A DNA stretch of 63,984 nt, filler included, from Reticulomyxa filosa (taxonomy: Eukaryota > Protista > Foraminifera), in the NCBI GenBank assembly GCA_000512085.1. It is 20 parts of 20 records of this genome, joined end to end, with 100 filler letters (N's around TTAATTAATTAA, not from the genome) between each part and the next. Parts side by side here need not be neighbours in the genome. Positions count along the whole stretch, not along the records: positions 10,689 to 13,151 come from ASPP01026923.1; positions 13,252 to 23,551 come from ASPP01028645.1; 18 more parts are not named here. The stretch is one strand, 5' to 3'. This document shows positions 11,506 to 22,182 of the stretch, one piece after another (position 1 is the stretch's first letter; every line of letters begins with the position of its first letter). A model generated the notes under the pieces. It saw only the letters and a list, made by a program, of their open reading frames with translations. It searched no databases and was not told where the DNA came from. Position numbers and translations under genes: made by a program.

Positions 11506-11908
11506 AACAATTTTAAAAATTGAAAAATTTTTAAATGCTAACTCTAAAGTTACAAAATAATAGTAGCAGTTAAATTGTACTTAAATATTTTAAAATATCG
11601 CGATAAAAAATGTTAACTTATTAAGATTGATTGCATATCCCTTCAAGCAAGCATTTAAAAATATGAAATAGTGTTCCTAGTGAAAAATTGAACAATACCA
11701 ACAAAAATAAGTCAAAGTAGATTGATTTGGTTATTAGGTTAATCGAGTAAAGATAAAGATTGGTTGCAAAATTGAGCAATCCGAAGACATTAGTACACAA
11801 GAAATGAAATTGCAATTGTTTTGTTTTCTTTTGTATAAAACATGTTTTGTTTGGTTTTGGATAACAAAGTTTTTTTTGTTCTTGGCATTATCACTGTATG
11901 CTTGTGCA

Positions 11909-13130
11909 ATGGCAGAAGATCCAGGAAAAATAGAAATAAAAAAGTTTTTACAAGTCCTGAGACCAAAGTATGTGGACATAGTTTTAGAACAGTTGTTCAA
12001 CGTTTTAGAATGTGACGACATGGAAAGCGTAGCTGTCATATCGGCCGAAAAATGGAGGAGCGTATTCAAAGAAGCAGAAGTAGCCGAAGGTCAACAAGCA
12101 AAACTATTAAACGCTTTGAACGAGTGGCGTAAAAACAAAGACATGAAACCATTTGACGTCGAGACCTATATCAAAGGAGAGGCCGCAAAACCACAGTTAA
12201 ATACAAAAAATGTCCAAGATCAAAAAAATAAGAAAGAGCCAGTCGAAGAAAAAAGCAGCTCCATTCAAGGCAATGCCAACAATGAACAAAATGTTACCAT
12301 TGAAAAAAAAGTAGAGTATGGAAAAGTCACAAATGTTAATTCAGTATCAAAAACCATTACCCTTAGCCTGAAGGTAAGACTGACAACACTAAACATTATT
12401 TTTTACTTGTGCAAATATGGAAGAGGGAAGAGAAAAGTGGCATCTTTTTTTTTTTTTTTGATTTGTTGTTAAAATACCTTTACAGAACAATCAAAATGTA
12501 ATGTTACCACTAGAAGAAAAACGATGGGGACATTTGATGCAAGATGACGAAATTCAATACACGTATACGTTGGATCAGAACGCAAACTTGGTGATGGAAA
12601 ATATTGAGTGGCCCGTGTATCAAGAACTGATTGTGTCTACTAATGGAATGCTTTTTGTATTGATGCAACCCCACTCTGAAGCAAAAGAAGTTATCTTATT
12701 TATTTTTTTTTTAAGGTAGTTGATGTTACGTAAACAGTTTTTTTTTTTGTTGCACTGGAATTTTTTTTTTTTTTTATTACGTCTCCATTGGTATATTGGT
12801 GGTGTGAAGACGAGGGTGATATTTCGAAGCGATATTGTGTCAGGAGTAACTAAATTGCGTGAAGGAGACAAATTGTCTTTTCGGCTTCGATTTGAAAAGC
12901 AAAAATGGGTACCTGCAGATGTGAGACGGATACAAAAAGCTGCCATGTTCACATAATACATATACGTATATGTGCACATGATACTTTAATGATTTTTGAT
13001 TACGATACAAACTTCCTTGTTTTGTGTTTGAACAGCTGTCAAATCAGAGATATTCCAGTGTCTTTGGAAATTGAAAAAATAGCAAGCAATTACTGTGATA
13101 TCAGAAAGTGGCTCGAAAATCCATCTCAAG
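11909..13130 (+). CDS. Multi-exon protein with an N-terminal SAM-like helical domain and OB/cold-shock-like domains, 3'-truncated
   Basis: Exon 1 11909-12373, intron GTAAG..TACAG, exon 2 from 12486; RVIFRSDIVSGVTKLREGDKLSFRL..ADVRR resembles a cold-shock domain. Confidence 0.55.
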
Positions 13131-13251
13131 GTATAAAGTTTTTTTTTTTTTNNNNNNNNNNNNNNNNNNNNNNNNNNNNNNNNNNNNNNNNNNNNTTAAT
13201 TAATTAANNNNNNNNNNNNNNNNNNNNNNNNNNNNNNNNNNNNNNNNNNNN

Positions 13252-13904
13252 TTATTCACAGTACAATGTTGTAACCATTGTTTTAAATCAGGTTTCTTAT
13301 TTAATTCATTTGCAATTTCATCAAATCCATCTAATACTAATAATCCATTTTGTGAATATACAATATTTGTATCATCTATATTCCATTGAGGAATATGTAA
13401 TTCATTTATTATTTTTGACCATTGCATTTTAATTATATCATTATTTTTATTCCTAGTTTTATCAAAAATATTGAAAATTTTTCTCAAAGGAATATGTAAT
13501 AACCATTCAAATCGATCATTCCACATTTGATTTGTTGCCCATAAATATGTAATCCTTTGAGTTAATACACTTTTTCCACTTCCAGCTTCTCCATAAATAC
13601 TAATGTGATGCGTTTCCAATCCATTTTCTTCTATTTTCCAAATATCTTGCAATTCTCTTATTTTTTGATCATCATCATTTATTAATGAATAATTCAGTTT
13701 ATTTGGCCATTTTTCATCATCTTCTTTTTTTTCGTTATCACTCCATTTATTTGGGATATTCACTTTTTCTTCTTGAAATTGTTGGCTCACAAAGGCTAAT
13801 CGAACGTAGCAAGTATCAACAGACTGCTGAGGGTCGTCAAATAATGGAACTAATTTGTCTTGAGTTTTGTAATAGTCTTTTAATTTTTGTTTTGTAACTT
13901 CCAT
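13252..13904 (-). CDS. NACHT (STAND) NTPase, 3'-truncated; may have an additional upstream exon
   Basis: Walker A GEAGSGKS, Walker B LLVLDGFDE, YLWA..W..RFEWLLHIPLRKI; an A-run+CAG acceptor sits in frame at about 13941. Confidence 0.9.
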
Positions 13905-14278
13905 TGTTTCATTAATTAATTTTTTCTCAGATGACGGGGAACTGTTTTTTTTTTGGAGTTGTTTTTAAACGGTCAGAAGCCTTAGGTAAGTTCTGATCGA
14001 TGAGCAATGAAAACAAGAATTTGATCTAATTCATTAACTTTTTACAACACCAAGGAAAAATTTATTTGAAATGAAGTGTTTGGCAGTGAAAAACAATAAA
14101 TCCTAGAATATGTAAAATGTGCATTAAATATTATTGATTAGCACAAAAATAAATAAGCAAAGTCTAAATTGCTGAATTTTCATTGCCACAAAGCAAGCAA
14201 AACATTATATTCAAAAAGTACTTTTTTTCTTCAATTGTTTACATTGTTTAAAATACACACACAAATATCGTTGCTATT

Positions 14279-16550
14279 TTATAACAATCCCCATAGTCGA
14301 ATTGTACCAACTTTAGAAGCTGATACAATTATATTACCATTTAATGAAACATCTAATCCTGTTATTTCACTAAAATGTCCTTCCAATTTCTGTATTTCCA
14401 TTCCTAAGTATACATCCCACAATCGAATTGTCATATCATTTGAACATGATACAATAGTTTGATTATCGGAAAATAATCGCAAATCTGTTATCAAATCAAA
14501 ATGGCCACCTAATTGTCTTACTTGTATTCCTGACATAGCTTCCCACATTCGAATTGTCCTATCACTTGAACATGATACAATACATGAATCATCTGTAGAA
14601 AATCCTACTTTGAGCACATCACCTGAATGTCCTTTGAGTTTTCTAATTCTTTTGCCTGACATTATATCCCAAATTGCAATTGTTTTATCATTTGATGCTG
14701 ATACTATTTGTTGGCCATCGTGTGAAATTTCGACATCATTGACATGATCTGAATGTCCTCTTAAATGTTGCATCTCTTGTCCAGATCTCGCATCCCATAT
14801 TCTTATTGTTTGATCATTTGATCCTGATACAATAATATTTCCATTTGGCGAAAATTGAGCACTGTTTACCACATTTGTATGTCCTTCGAATTTTATTATT
14901 TCTGTGCCTAATTTTAGATCCCATAACCGAATAGTCTTATCTTTGGAACACGATAAAATGAAATTTCCATCCCATGAAAATTTTGCATTAGTGACAGATT
15001 CTAAATGACCTTTCAGTAGGTGTATTTCTCTTCTCGTCTCAACGTCTAATACTCGAATGTTGCTATCATCTAAAGTTGTAACAATCTTTGTACTGTCAGG
15101 TGAAAATTTTACGTTATTTACATTATCTGAATATCCTTGGATCACTTTTATTGGTTTGAAATATTTCATCTTTTTTTTTTTTTTTTAATAGATATTAATA
15201 TTTAATATTCAAAAACAACCAACAAATGAATATGGATATACCAGGACATAGTGTAAGATGATAATATTAAAATCATCAATCCATCCTATCTTGCCAGACA
15301 GTGAATGCATCCAATGTTCAATTATCATTTCAATTTCTTTAGTTTTCTTTTTTTTATATCAATACTTTTTAACAAAAAAAAAAAATTAAATATCGACAAT
15401 TAACTTTTAATTTCTTGATATCTAAATCATATTGCATCTCTCCTAATTCACTTTTAATCTGCTTAATATCATTTATTTCTTCCTCCTTCTTTCTTTTTTC
15501 GTATTCCTCTTTCTCTATTTTTTCTTCTTCTTCAATCGTCTCTTGCTCTTCCATGTTTGTCCCTTTGCTTTTTATCCACTCTTCAATTCTAGTTTTCATA
15601 TGTGTTGCTAATACACGACCTTCACTTGTCCCTCCTATAATATGTACATACTTATTGTCTTCACTCAATATTGTATTACAATCGGCTAATTCAATTGGTA
15701 GAGTATACTCAAGTTTTATCCATTTATTCTCTGTTACTGAATATTTATGTATTTCATTTGAACCGCCATGCTCAAAGTCTCGACGTCCACCAAAAAAAAA
15801 AATAAAATCGTCAATGTGAATAAATCCATATGAAAATGAATCTTTAATACTTGTGCAAACTCTCATTTTCTGAAATTTAAATGTACTATTTGTTTCATCG
15901 TAATTTATTAATAACCCTGTCTTTTTGTAAAATAATATCTGTTCATTTTTTGATTTTGCTACAAAACAATGATGACTTATTGAATCACTATCATTCATTG
16001 GCAAGGTATTAAAATTTATATATTGAAACGTATCTAAATTATACACATCAATATCTTTTGGGTAATATGTAATAAACAATAAATTATTATTACTTCCACC
16101 AATCACAGCACGCGCTCCAAGATAACTGCCTTTACTGCTTCTAATGTACACTCGTTCATTTTTATTATCAAAGATAGGCATCCATTCATTTTTCTCTGTT
16201 TCATTATTTTCATTGTACCAAACACTTTTATATTTCATCTTTAATGTATGGTCACGTGATCCAAAAGATAACAAAGTAATATCATTTGCATTGCTGTCAA
16301 TAAGCTTCACTACACAATGTCCACGTAATTCAATATCGACTGGATAAGAACAGATGTATTTATATTCATTTTTAAGCATATGATATGAATAGCAATCTCT
16401 TTCAAAAAGACCTCCACAGATGAGAATTTCATGTTTGTACACTTTACATTGACTACATCGAAGCGAAATTGGTAAAGAGGCCAAAGATTCAAATCGAGTT
16501 GTCATGTCTATGTTTGTGCTTTCTTTTGCTGTCATGTCAGTTGTAGCCAT
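14279..16550 (-). CDS. Kelch propeller - charged coiled coil - linker domain - 7x WD40 protein (3 exons, 713 aa)
   Basis: Exons 16550-15405, 15346-15242 and 15169-14279 join in phase 0 through GT..AG introns; Kelch GG motifs; GH..WD repeats. Confidence 0.85.
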
Positions 16551-16824
16551 TTAAAAAAGATATACTAATATATATTGTGATTAATTGCTAGACTATTTTC
16601 AGAGTTTTTTTGAAAAAAGTGACCAAAAAAAAAGGAGAGAAGATCTGATGAATTATGGAGGAAGTTGTTTTTGTTCTAGTCCAGTATTTTGTATAATCAT
16701 GAAAATAATATATCACACGCCAATAATTGAGTCTAGGTTTTGTTAGCAGTACAACGTGGATAATAAAAGTTCTTTCAAAAAAGTTCAAATACTTGTTAAT
16801 ATTTGTTCCACATTTTCCTGTAAT

Positions 16825-19800
16825 ATGTCAACTACAACAACTCCCTTTGAAATTTTGCCCCCTTTACCTCTTCCACTTACTCATTGTCAATGTGTCTCTT
16901 ATAAACAAGAAGTTCTCATTTGTGGAGGCTGGAAAGTGCGAAAATGCTATTCCTATCATACAATTAAAAATCAATATAAATTTATTTGTTCTTATCCAAA
17001 AGATGTCACTTTGATTGGGCATAGTGTGGTAAAACTTGTAAACAATGGCAATGATAGTAATTTAATTACACTACTATCTTTTGGTGGACAAGACGCAAAT
17101 AAAAAGAAATGTACATTAATAATGCGTTATACGAGCGTTTGGGATGATGAAAATACAAAAACTTTGAATAAATGGATTCCTTTCACTGATAATAATAATA
17201 ATCCAATTCATATTGGAAATGATGAAGATAATTACCAAGGCTTACGTGCAATAATTGGTGGAAGCAAAAATCACTTATTGTTTATTACCTATCCTCCAAA
17301 AAATATTGATGTATTTAATTTGAATACATTTCAATGTATCAATCGCAGTACTTTGCCAACAAATGATTACATATGGTATCACTGCTTTGTATCTAAATCA
17401 GAAAATCGATTAAATAAAAAAAACAATGAAATGTTATTATTTTGTAAAGCAACTGGATTATCAATTGAATACAATGAAAAAAACAAGAAATTTAATTTTC
17501 GTAAGTTATCTGTTTGTAATGATATTGCGCCATTTTATCGATACATATATATATGCAGTAATGATTCAATTTGGTTTTTTGGTGGATGGAATGACTGTAT
17601 TGGTATTAAAGCAATTATTTCAAATGTAATATATAGATATTCGATAAATGAAAATAAATGGATAAAAATTGAACAAATTTTGCCCATAGCATTAAGTGAT
17701 TGTACTGGAATATTGAACGAAGATAAAACATATCTACATATTTTAGGCGGAGAAAATGAAAAATCTGATGTAGTATCAATACATATGAAAACAAAAGTAA
17801 AAGGATGGATAAATAAAAAAGAAACAAAATGTAAAGTACAATCTCCATTGGTGTTATTAGCAGAAGCAATACAACGTGAACAATACCAACATCTGAAATG
17901 TGCAAAACAAGATCTGAATTTGTTACAAAATCTACTTGAACAAACATTTGGATATCAAGTGTTTAATACCTATGATCCTCAATATCCAATAACTGAATCA
18001 CGTCCTTTGAATAAATTAAAGAAATTGATTGTGAATTATTCCAATGATAATAATAAAAACGTCCATGATGGATTGATATTTGTGTGGTATGAACATACTG
18101 AATCTAAAAGTAATAAAGGTGCAAACAAATCCAAGATTTTCAAAGACATCCAAGATCTTTTTATAAAATCCGACTACTTTATAAATAAACCAAAAATATT
18201 CCTAAAAATTGCGTACATTAAAAAAGATGGAGCCAATTCCACTAAAAATAAAACGTGGTGTAATTATGATGCAAAGGCGTTTACGATTTTTGTAAACATT
18301 CCACTGAAATCTATGACCAATATTTCAGAAGGAAGCCATTTTACAAAATTGTTTTGTCAAGCCTTTGAAAAGGACACAAAACAAAGTTTGGATGTTATAA
18401 TTAAACAAGTAACAAATACTGTGTTTAGCCAAGAAGTAGGAAAAAAAGACGTGTCAAATACTCTGACTAATCATTCTGATATTTATTTGATTCCAAAATC
18501 ATGTCGTGATAATGATGACAATAAACAAGAAATGCCATTAAGACCTGACAATAGCAATGGTATTATACAAACATTAGATCTTAAGAAACATTGGAACAAA
18601 CATTGGAGAGAAGCAAATTTAGAAGCCGCAAAAAGAGTTGGAGAAATGATTGAAAAAAATGAACAAGGATTGATTGTTGTGGTCACCAATTCTTTTGAAT
18701 GGTCGACCACATCGAGTTTAAATTTAATTAAGTATAACGAAAGTGCCTTTTCATCATTGAAATGGTTAATAAAAAAAAATGATACTGATGATATTGAGAA
18801 AAAGTTATTTGTTATTTATTGGTTATATGTTATTAAAGGCAAATTCATAACATTACAAAATGTAAATATTGATGGAAATGTGTATGCTGTCAATTGTAAA
18901 ATTCAATGCAATGGAAATGTTAACATCACAACACAATTATTTGTAACAAATGATACTATTGTTCATCAACAATTAAAACAACAAATATTACCAATTCAAT
19001 GGAATAAACAATTACATTATGATATTCCATTGCAACTGGAAGATCTTGAGCATAAAGGAGAACAATGCTTAAACAATCGTTTGTATGACGAATCTATTGT
19101 CCATTGGCAAAATTACTTACAAATTTGTATTGATACGTTTGGACTTGATCATCCTTTTGTAGTTTATTCCAACAGTAGGATCGCCGATTGTTATTATGAA
19201 AAAAATGACTTTAATAAAACAATTTATCATTATAAAATAGTATTAAAAATCGCAATAAAATTATTTGGAGCCAATCACAAAAATATCGTCCAGTATCACT
19301 ATAATTTTGCCCATGCTTATTATTGTAAAGGAGATTATTTCAAAGCAGTTGAACATTACAAAAAATCATTGGGAATTATATCAGAGAATATTGAACGTAA
19401 TTGTGACTATGAGAAAGCTGATTTGTGTAAGCGTTTAGGTAATTCATATCATTATGGAGGAAATTATGATAAAGCAATTGAACATTTTGAACAATTTTTA
19501 AAAATTGTACCTGATATTGTTGCAACGAATCAGAATGATGGAGAGGACATGATAGAATTGTATAACAATTTGGGTAACTCTTATCGTTATAAAGGAAATT
19601 ATAATAAAGCAATTGCGTGTTATGAAATGGAATTAAACAATAAATTAAAAAGATATGATGTCAATCATATTGATGTTGCTTGGTCATATAACAATATAGC
19701 TAACTCATATTATAATAAAGGAGAGAATGATAAAGCCATTGAATACTATGAAAAAACGTTGCAAATCAGATTGCAGATCTTTGGAGAAAATCACGCTGAC

Positions 19801-21873
19801 GTTGCTTGTGCATATAATAGTTTAGGTAATTCATATTACAGCAATGACGAATTTGAAAAAGCAATTGAATATTGTGATAGAGCATTAAACATTCGATTGA
19901 ATATATTTGAAGAAAATAATGTCGACGTTGCTTGGTCATACAATGATTTAGGAAATTGTCATTATAGTAAAAAAGATTTCCACAGAGCAATTGAGTGTCA
20001 TGAAAACGCGCTAAAAATACGATTGAATATTTTTGGATTTGATCACGCTGATGTTGGATGGTCATACCACAACGTAGCTAATGCTTATTATCTTATGGGA
20101 GAATTCGACAAAGTGATTGAACAGCAAAAAAAATCATTAGAAATTAGATTAAAAATTTGTGGGGAGAAAGATGCTAATGTTGCTTGGTCATATAATAGCT
20201 TGGGTAATGCGTATTACAATAAAGGTCAATTTGATACAGCCATTGAATTGTATGAAAAACAACTAAAGATTCGATTAGATATATTTGGAATAAATAGCTC
20301 TGATGTCGCTTGGGCATACAACAATTTAGGAAATTCTTATTTTCGAAAAAAGCAATATGATAAATCCGTTGAATATCATGAAAAGGCATTACAAATTAGA
20401 TTAAATCTTTTTGAAGAAGATAATATAGATGTAGCAAATTCCTACAAACATTTAGGAAACTCTTATTGTGAAAAAGGTGAATATGAAAAAGCTGTTGAAC
20501 ATTACGAAAAAGAGTTGAAAATCAAGTATCGTATTTTTGGAGAAAGTCATGCTGACGCTATGTCGTCATGCAACAATTTGGGTGTTGCATATTATAAAAA
20601 TGGAGAATATGACAAAGCAATTGAATGTCATGAAAGACAATTAAAAATCAGATTAGATGCACTTGGAATAAATCATGCAGATGTTGCTTGTACATACAAT
20701 AATTTGGGATGTGCCTATTATGACAAAGGAATATATGATAAAGCTACTGAATGCCACATCAAAGCATTGAATATTAGATTGAGTATATTTGAAAATTGCA
20801 ATCTTGATATTATTGGTTCATACAAAAATTTAGCTAATTCCTATTGTAAGCAACAATGTTATGATAAAGCCATTGAATGTTATGAAAAAGAATTAAAAAG
20901 TAGAATAGCTGTATTTGGAATAAACAATCCTGATATTGCTTGGTCATATCATAATTTAGGCTATACGTATTATCATAAAGATCAGTTCGACGATGCGATT
21001 GAGTGCTATAAAAAATCATTGGATGTTAAATTGCATAATTTTGGAGAAAAGAGTTTAGATGTTATTGATTCATACAACTGTTTGGCAGCTTCTTACTTCT
21101 ACAAAAAATGTTATGGCAAGGCCATTGAATACTATGAAAAGGAATTGAAAGGAAGATTAGATCTTTTTGGAGAAGATAATTCTGATGTTGCTCACGCATA
21201 TTTTAGTTTAGGAGCTACTTTTCATAATAAAAGACAGTATAATAAAGCAATTAAATATCATAACAAAGCATTACACATTCGATTAAAAATATTTGAAGCT
21301 AATCATTGTGATATTGCTGATTCCTATGAAAATTTAGGAACTTCTTATAATTGCAAAAAAAAATTTGATAAATCCATTCAATGTCATGAAAATGCATTAA
21401 AAATTAGACGGAAACTTTTCCAGGCAAATCATCCTGATGCGTCTTGGTCATATAGCAATTTAGGATGTGCGTATTACAATAAAGAAGTTTATGACAAAGC
21501 AGTTGAATATCATACCGAAGCATTAAATATTCGATTACATGCTTTTGGGATAAATAATGCTGATGTCGCTTGCTCGTATTTCAATTTAGCAGAATCTCAC
21601 AGCAAACAAGGACATCTCGATATAGCTATTGAAAATTTTGAAAAGTCATTAGAGATAAGAAAAAAATTATTCACAAAGACCAACAGGCTAGTTGGTCAAT
21701 CTTATTTGAGTTTGGGATTACTACTTGAAGAAAAAGAACAAAATGAAATCGCGATCAAAAATTTAGAAAAAGCATGGGCAATATATAGTACTACAGCAGG
21801 AGAATGGAATCCAGAAGTATTCCGGATCAAAGAAAAAGTGAGAGAATTGAATATGGCTATTTCTACACATTAA
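16825..21873 (+). CDS. Kelch - caspase-like (peptidase C14 fold, catalytic Cys absent) - long 42-aa TPR array protein
   Basis: Uninterrupted ORF; Kelch about 16830-17810; DGLIFVWYEH and KPKIFLKIAY at 18067-18216; about 20 repeats of DVAxSYxNLGxxYxxKGxYDKAIExxEKxLxIRLxxFG. Confidence 0.88.
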   Translation: MSTTTTPFEILPPLPLPLTHCQCVSYKQEVLICGGWKVRKCYSYHTIKNQYKFICSYPKDVTLIGHSVVKLVNNGNDSNLITLLSFGGQDANKKKCTLIMRYTSVWDDENTKTLNKWIPFTDNNNNPIHIGNDEDNYQGLRAIIGGSKNHLLFITYPPKNIDVFNLNTFQCINRSTLPTNDYIWYHCFVSKSENRLNKKNNEMLLFCKATGLSIEYNEKNKKFNFRKLSVCNDIAPFYRYIYICSNDSIWFFGGWNDCIGIKAIISNVIYRYSINENKWIKIEQILPIALSDCTGILNEDKTYLHILGGENEKSDVVSIHMKTKVKGWINKKETKCKVQSPLVLLAEAIQREQYQHLKCAKQDLNLLQNLLEQTFGYQVFNTYDPQYPITESRPLNKLKKLIVNYSNDNNKNVHDGLIFVWYEHTESKSNKGANKSKIFKDIQDLFIKSDYFINKPKIFLKIAYIKKDGANSTKNKTWCNYDAKAFTIFVNIPLKSMTNISEGSHFTKLFCQAFEKDTKQSLDVIIKQVTNTVFSQEVGKKDVSNTLTNHSDIYLIPKSCRDNDDNKQEMPLRPDNSNGIIQTLDLKKHWNKHWREANLEAAKRVGEMIEKNEQGLIVVVTNSFEWSTTSSLNLIKYNESAFSSLKWLIKKNDTDDIEKKLFVIYWLYVIKGKFITLQNVNIDGNVYAVNCKIQCNGNVNITTQLFVTNDTIVHQQLKQQILPIQWNKQLHYDIPLQLEDLEHKGEQCLNNRLYDESIVHWQNYLQICIDTFGLDHPFVVYSNSRIADCYYEKNDFNKTIYHYKIVLKIAIKLFGANHKNIVQYHYNFAHAYYCKGDYFKAVEHYKKSLGIISENIERNCDYEKADLCKRLGNSYHYGGNYDKAIEHFEQFLKIVPDIVATNQNDGEDMIELYNNLGNSYRYKGNYNKAIACYEMELNNKLKRYDVNHIDVAWSYNNIANSYYNKGENDKAIEYYEKTLQIRLQIFGENHADVACAYNSLGNSYYSNDEFEKAIEYCDRALNIRLNIFEENNVDVAWSYNDLGNCHYSKKDFHRAIECHENALKIRLNIFGFDHADVGWSYHNVANAYYLMGEFDKVIEQQKKSLEIRLKICGEKDANVAWSYNSLGNAYYNKGQFDTAIELYEKQLKIRLDIFGINSSDVAWAYNNLGNSYFRKKQYDKSVEYHEKALQIRLNLFEEDNIDVANSYKHLGNSYCEKGEYEKAVEHYEKELKIKYRIFGESHADAMSSCNNLGVAYYKNGEYDKAIECHERQLKIRLDALGINHADVACTYNNLGCAYYDKGIYDKATECHIKALNIRLSIFENCNLDIIGSYKNLANSYCKQQCYDKAIECYEKELKSRIAVFGINNPDIAWSYHNLGYTYYHKDQFDDAIECYKKSLDVKLHNFGEKSLDVIDSYNCLAASYFYKKCYGKAIEYYEKELKGRLDLFGEDNSDVAHAYFSLGATFHNKRQYNKAIKYHNKALHIRLKIFEANHCDIADSYENLGTSYNCKKKFDKSIQCHENALKIRRKLFQANHPDASWSYSNLGCAYYNKEVYDKAVEYHTEALNIRLHAFGINNADVACSYFNLAESHSKQGHLDIAIENFEKSLEIRKKLFTKTNRLVGQSYLSLGLLLEEKEQNEIAIKNLEKAWAIYSTTAGEWNPEVFRIKEKVRELNMAISTH

Positions 21874-22182
21874 AAGAGAGTTTTTTTGCTTGTCACAAAA
21901 TGTTTTACTAGGAATGAAATTGTCAGTTTGTCTTTGTTGAGAAGGAATAAACATAACATAATAATGAAATTTATGCTATTTGAATGTGCAAAACAAACAA
22001 AAATCGGATTTCCATATTTTTTTACAATCCCACAACTACCTAAAAAAACGTATGAACCCTTGCAATTTTATTATTTTTATGATACAACACATAAAAATAT
22101 TTCATTTTTATCGAAAGATAATTTTATTATCTTTATACAGCTTTTAATAAGTGATCAGGTGAATTTTAAATATTTCCATTTA

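Noticed and set aside
12690-12810. Non-canonical intron ending in AC
   Set aside because: A canonical in-frame acceptor exists at GTGAAG|ACG
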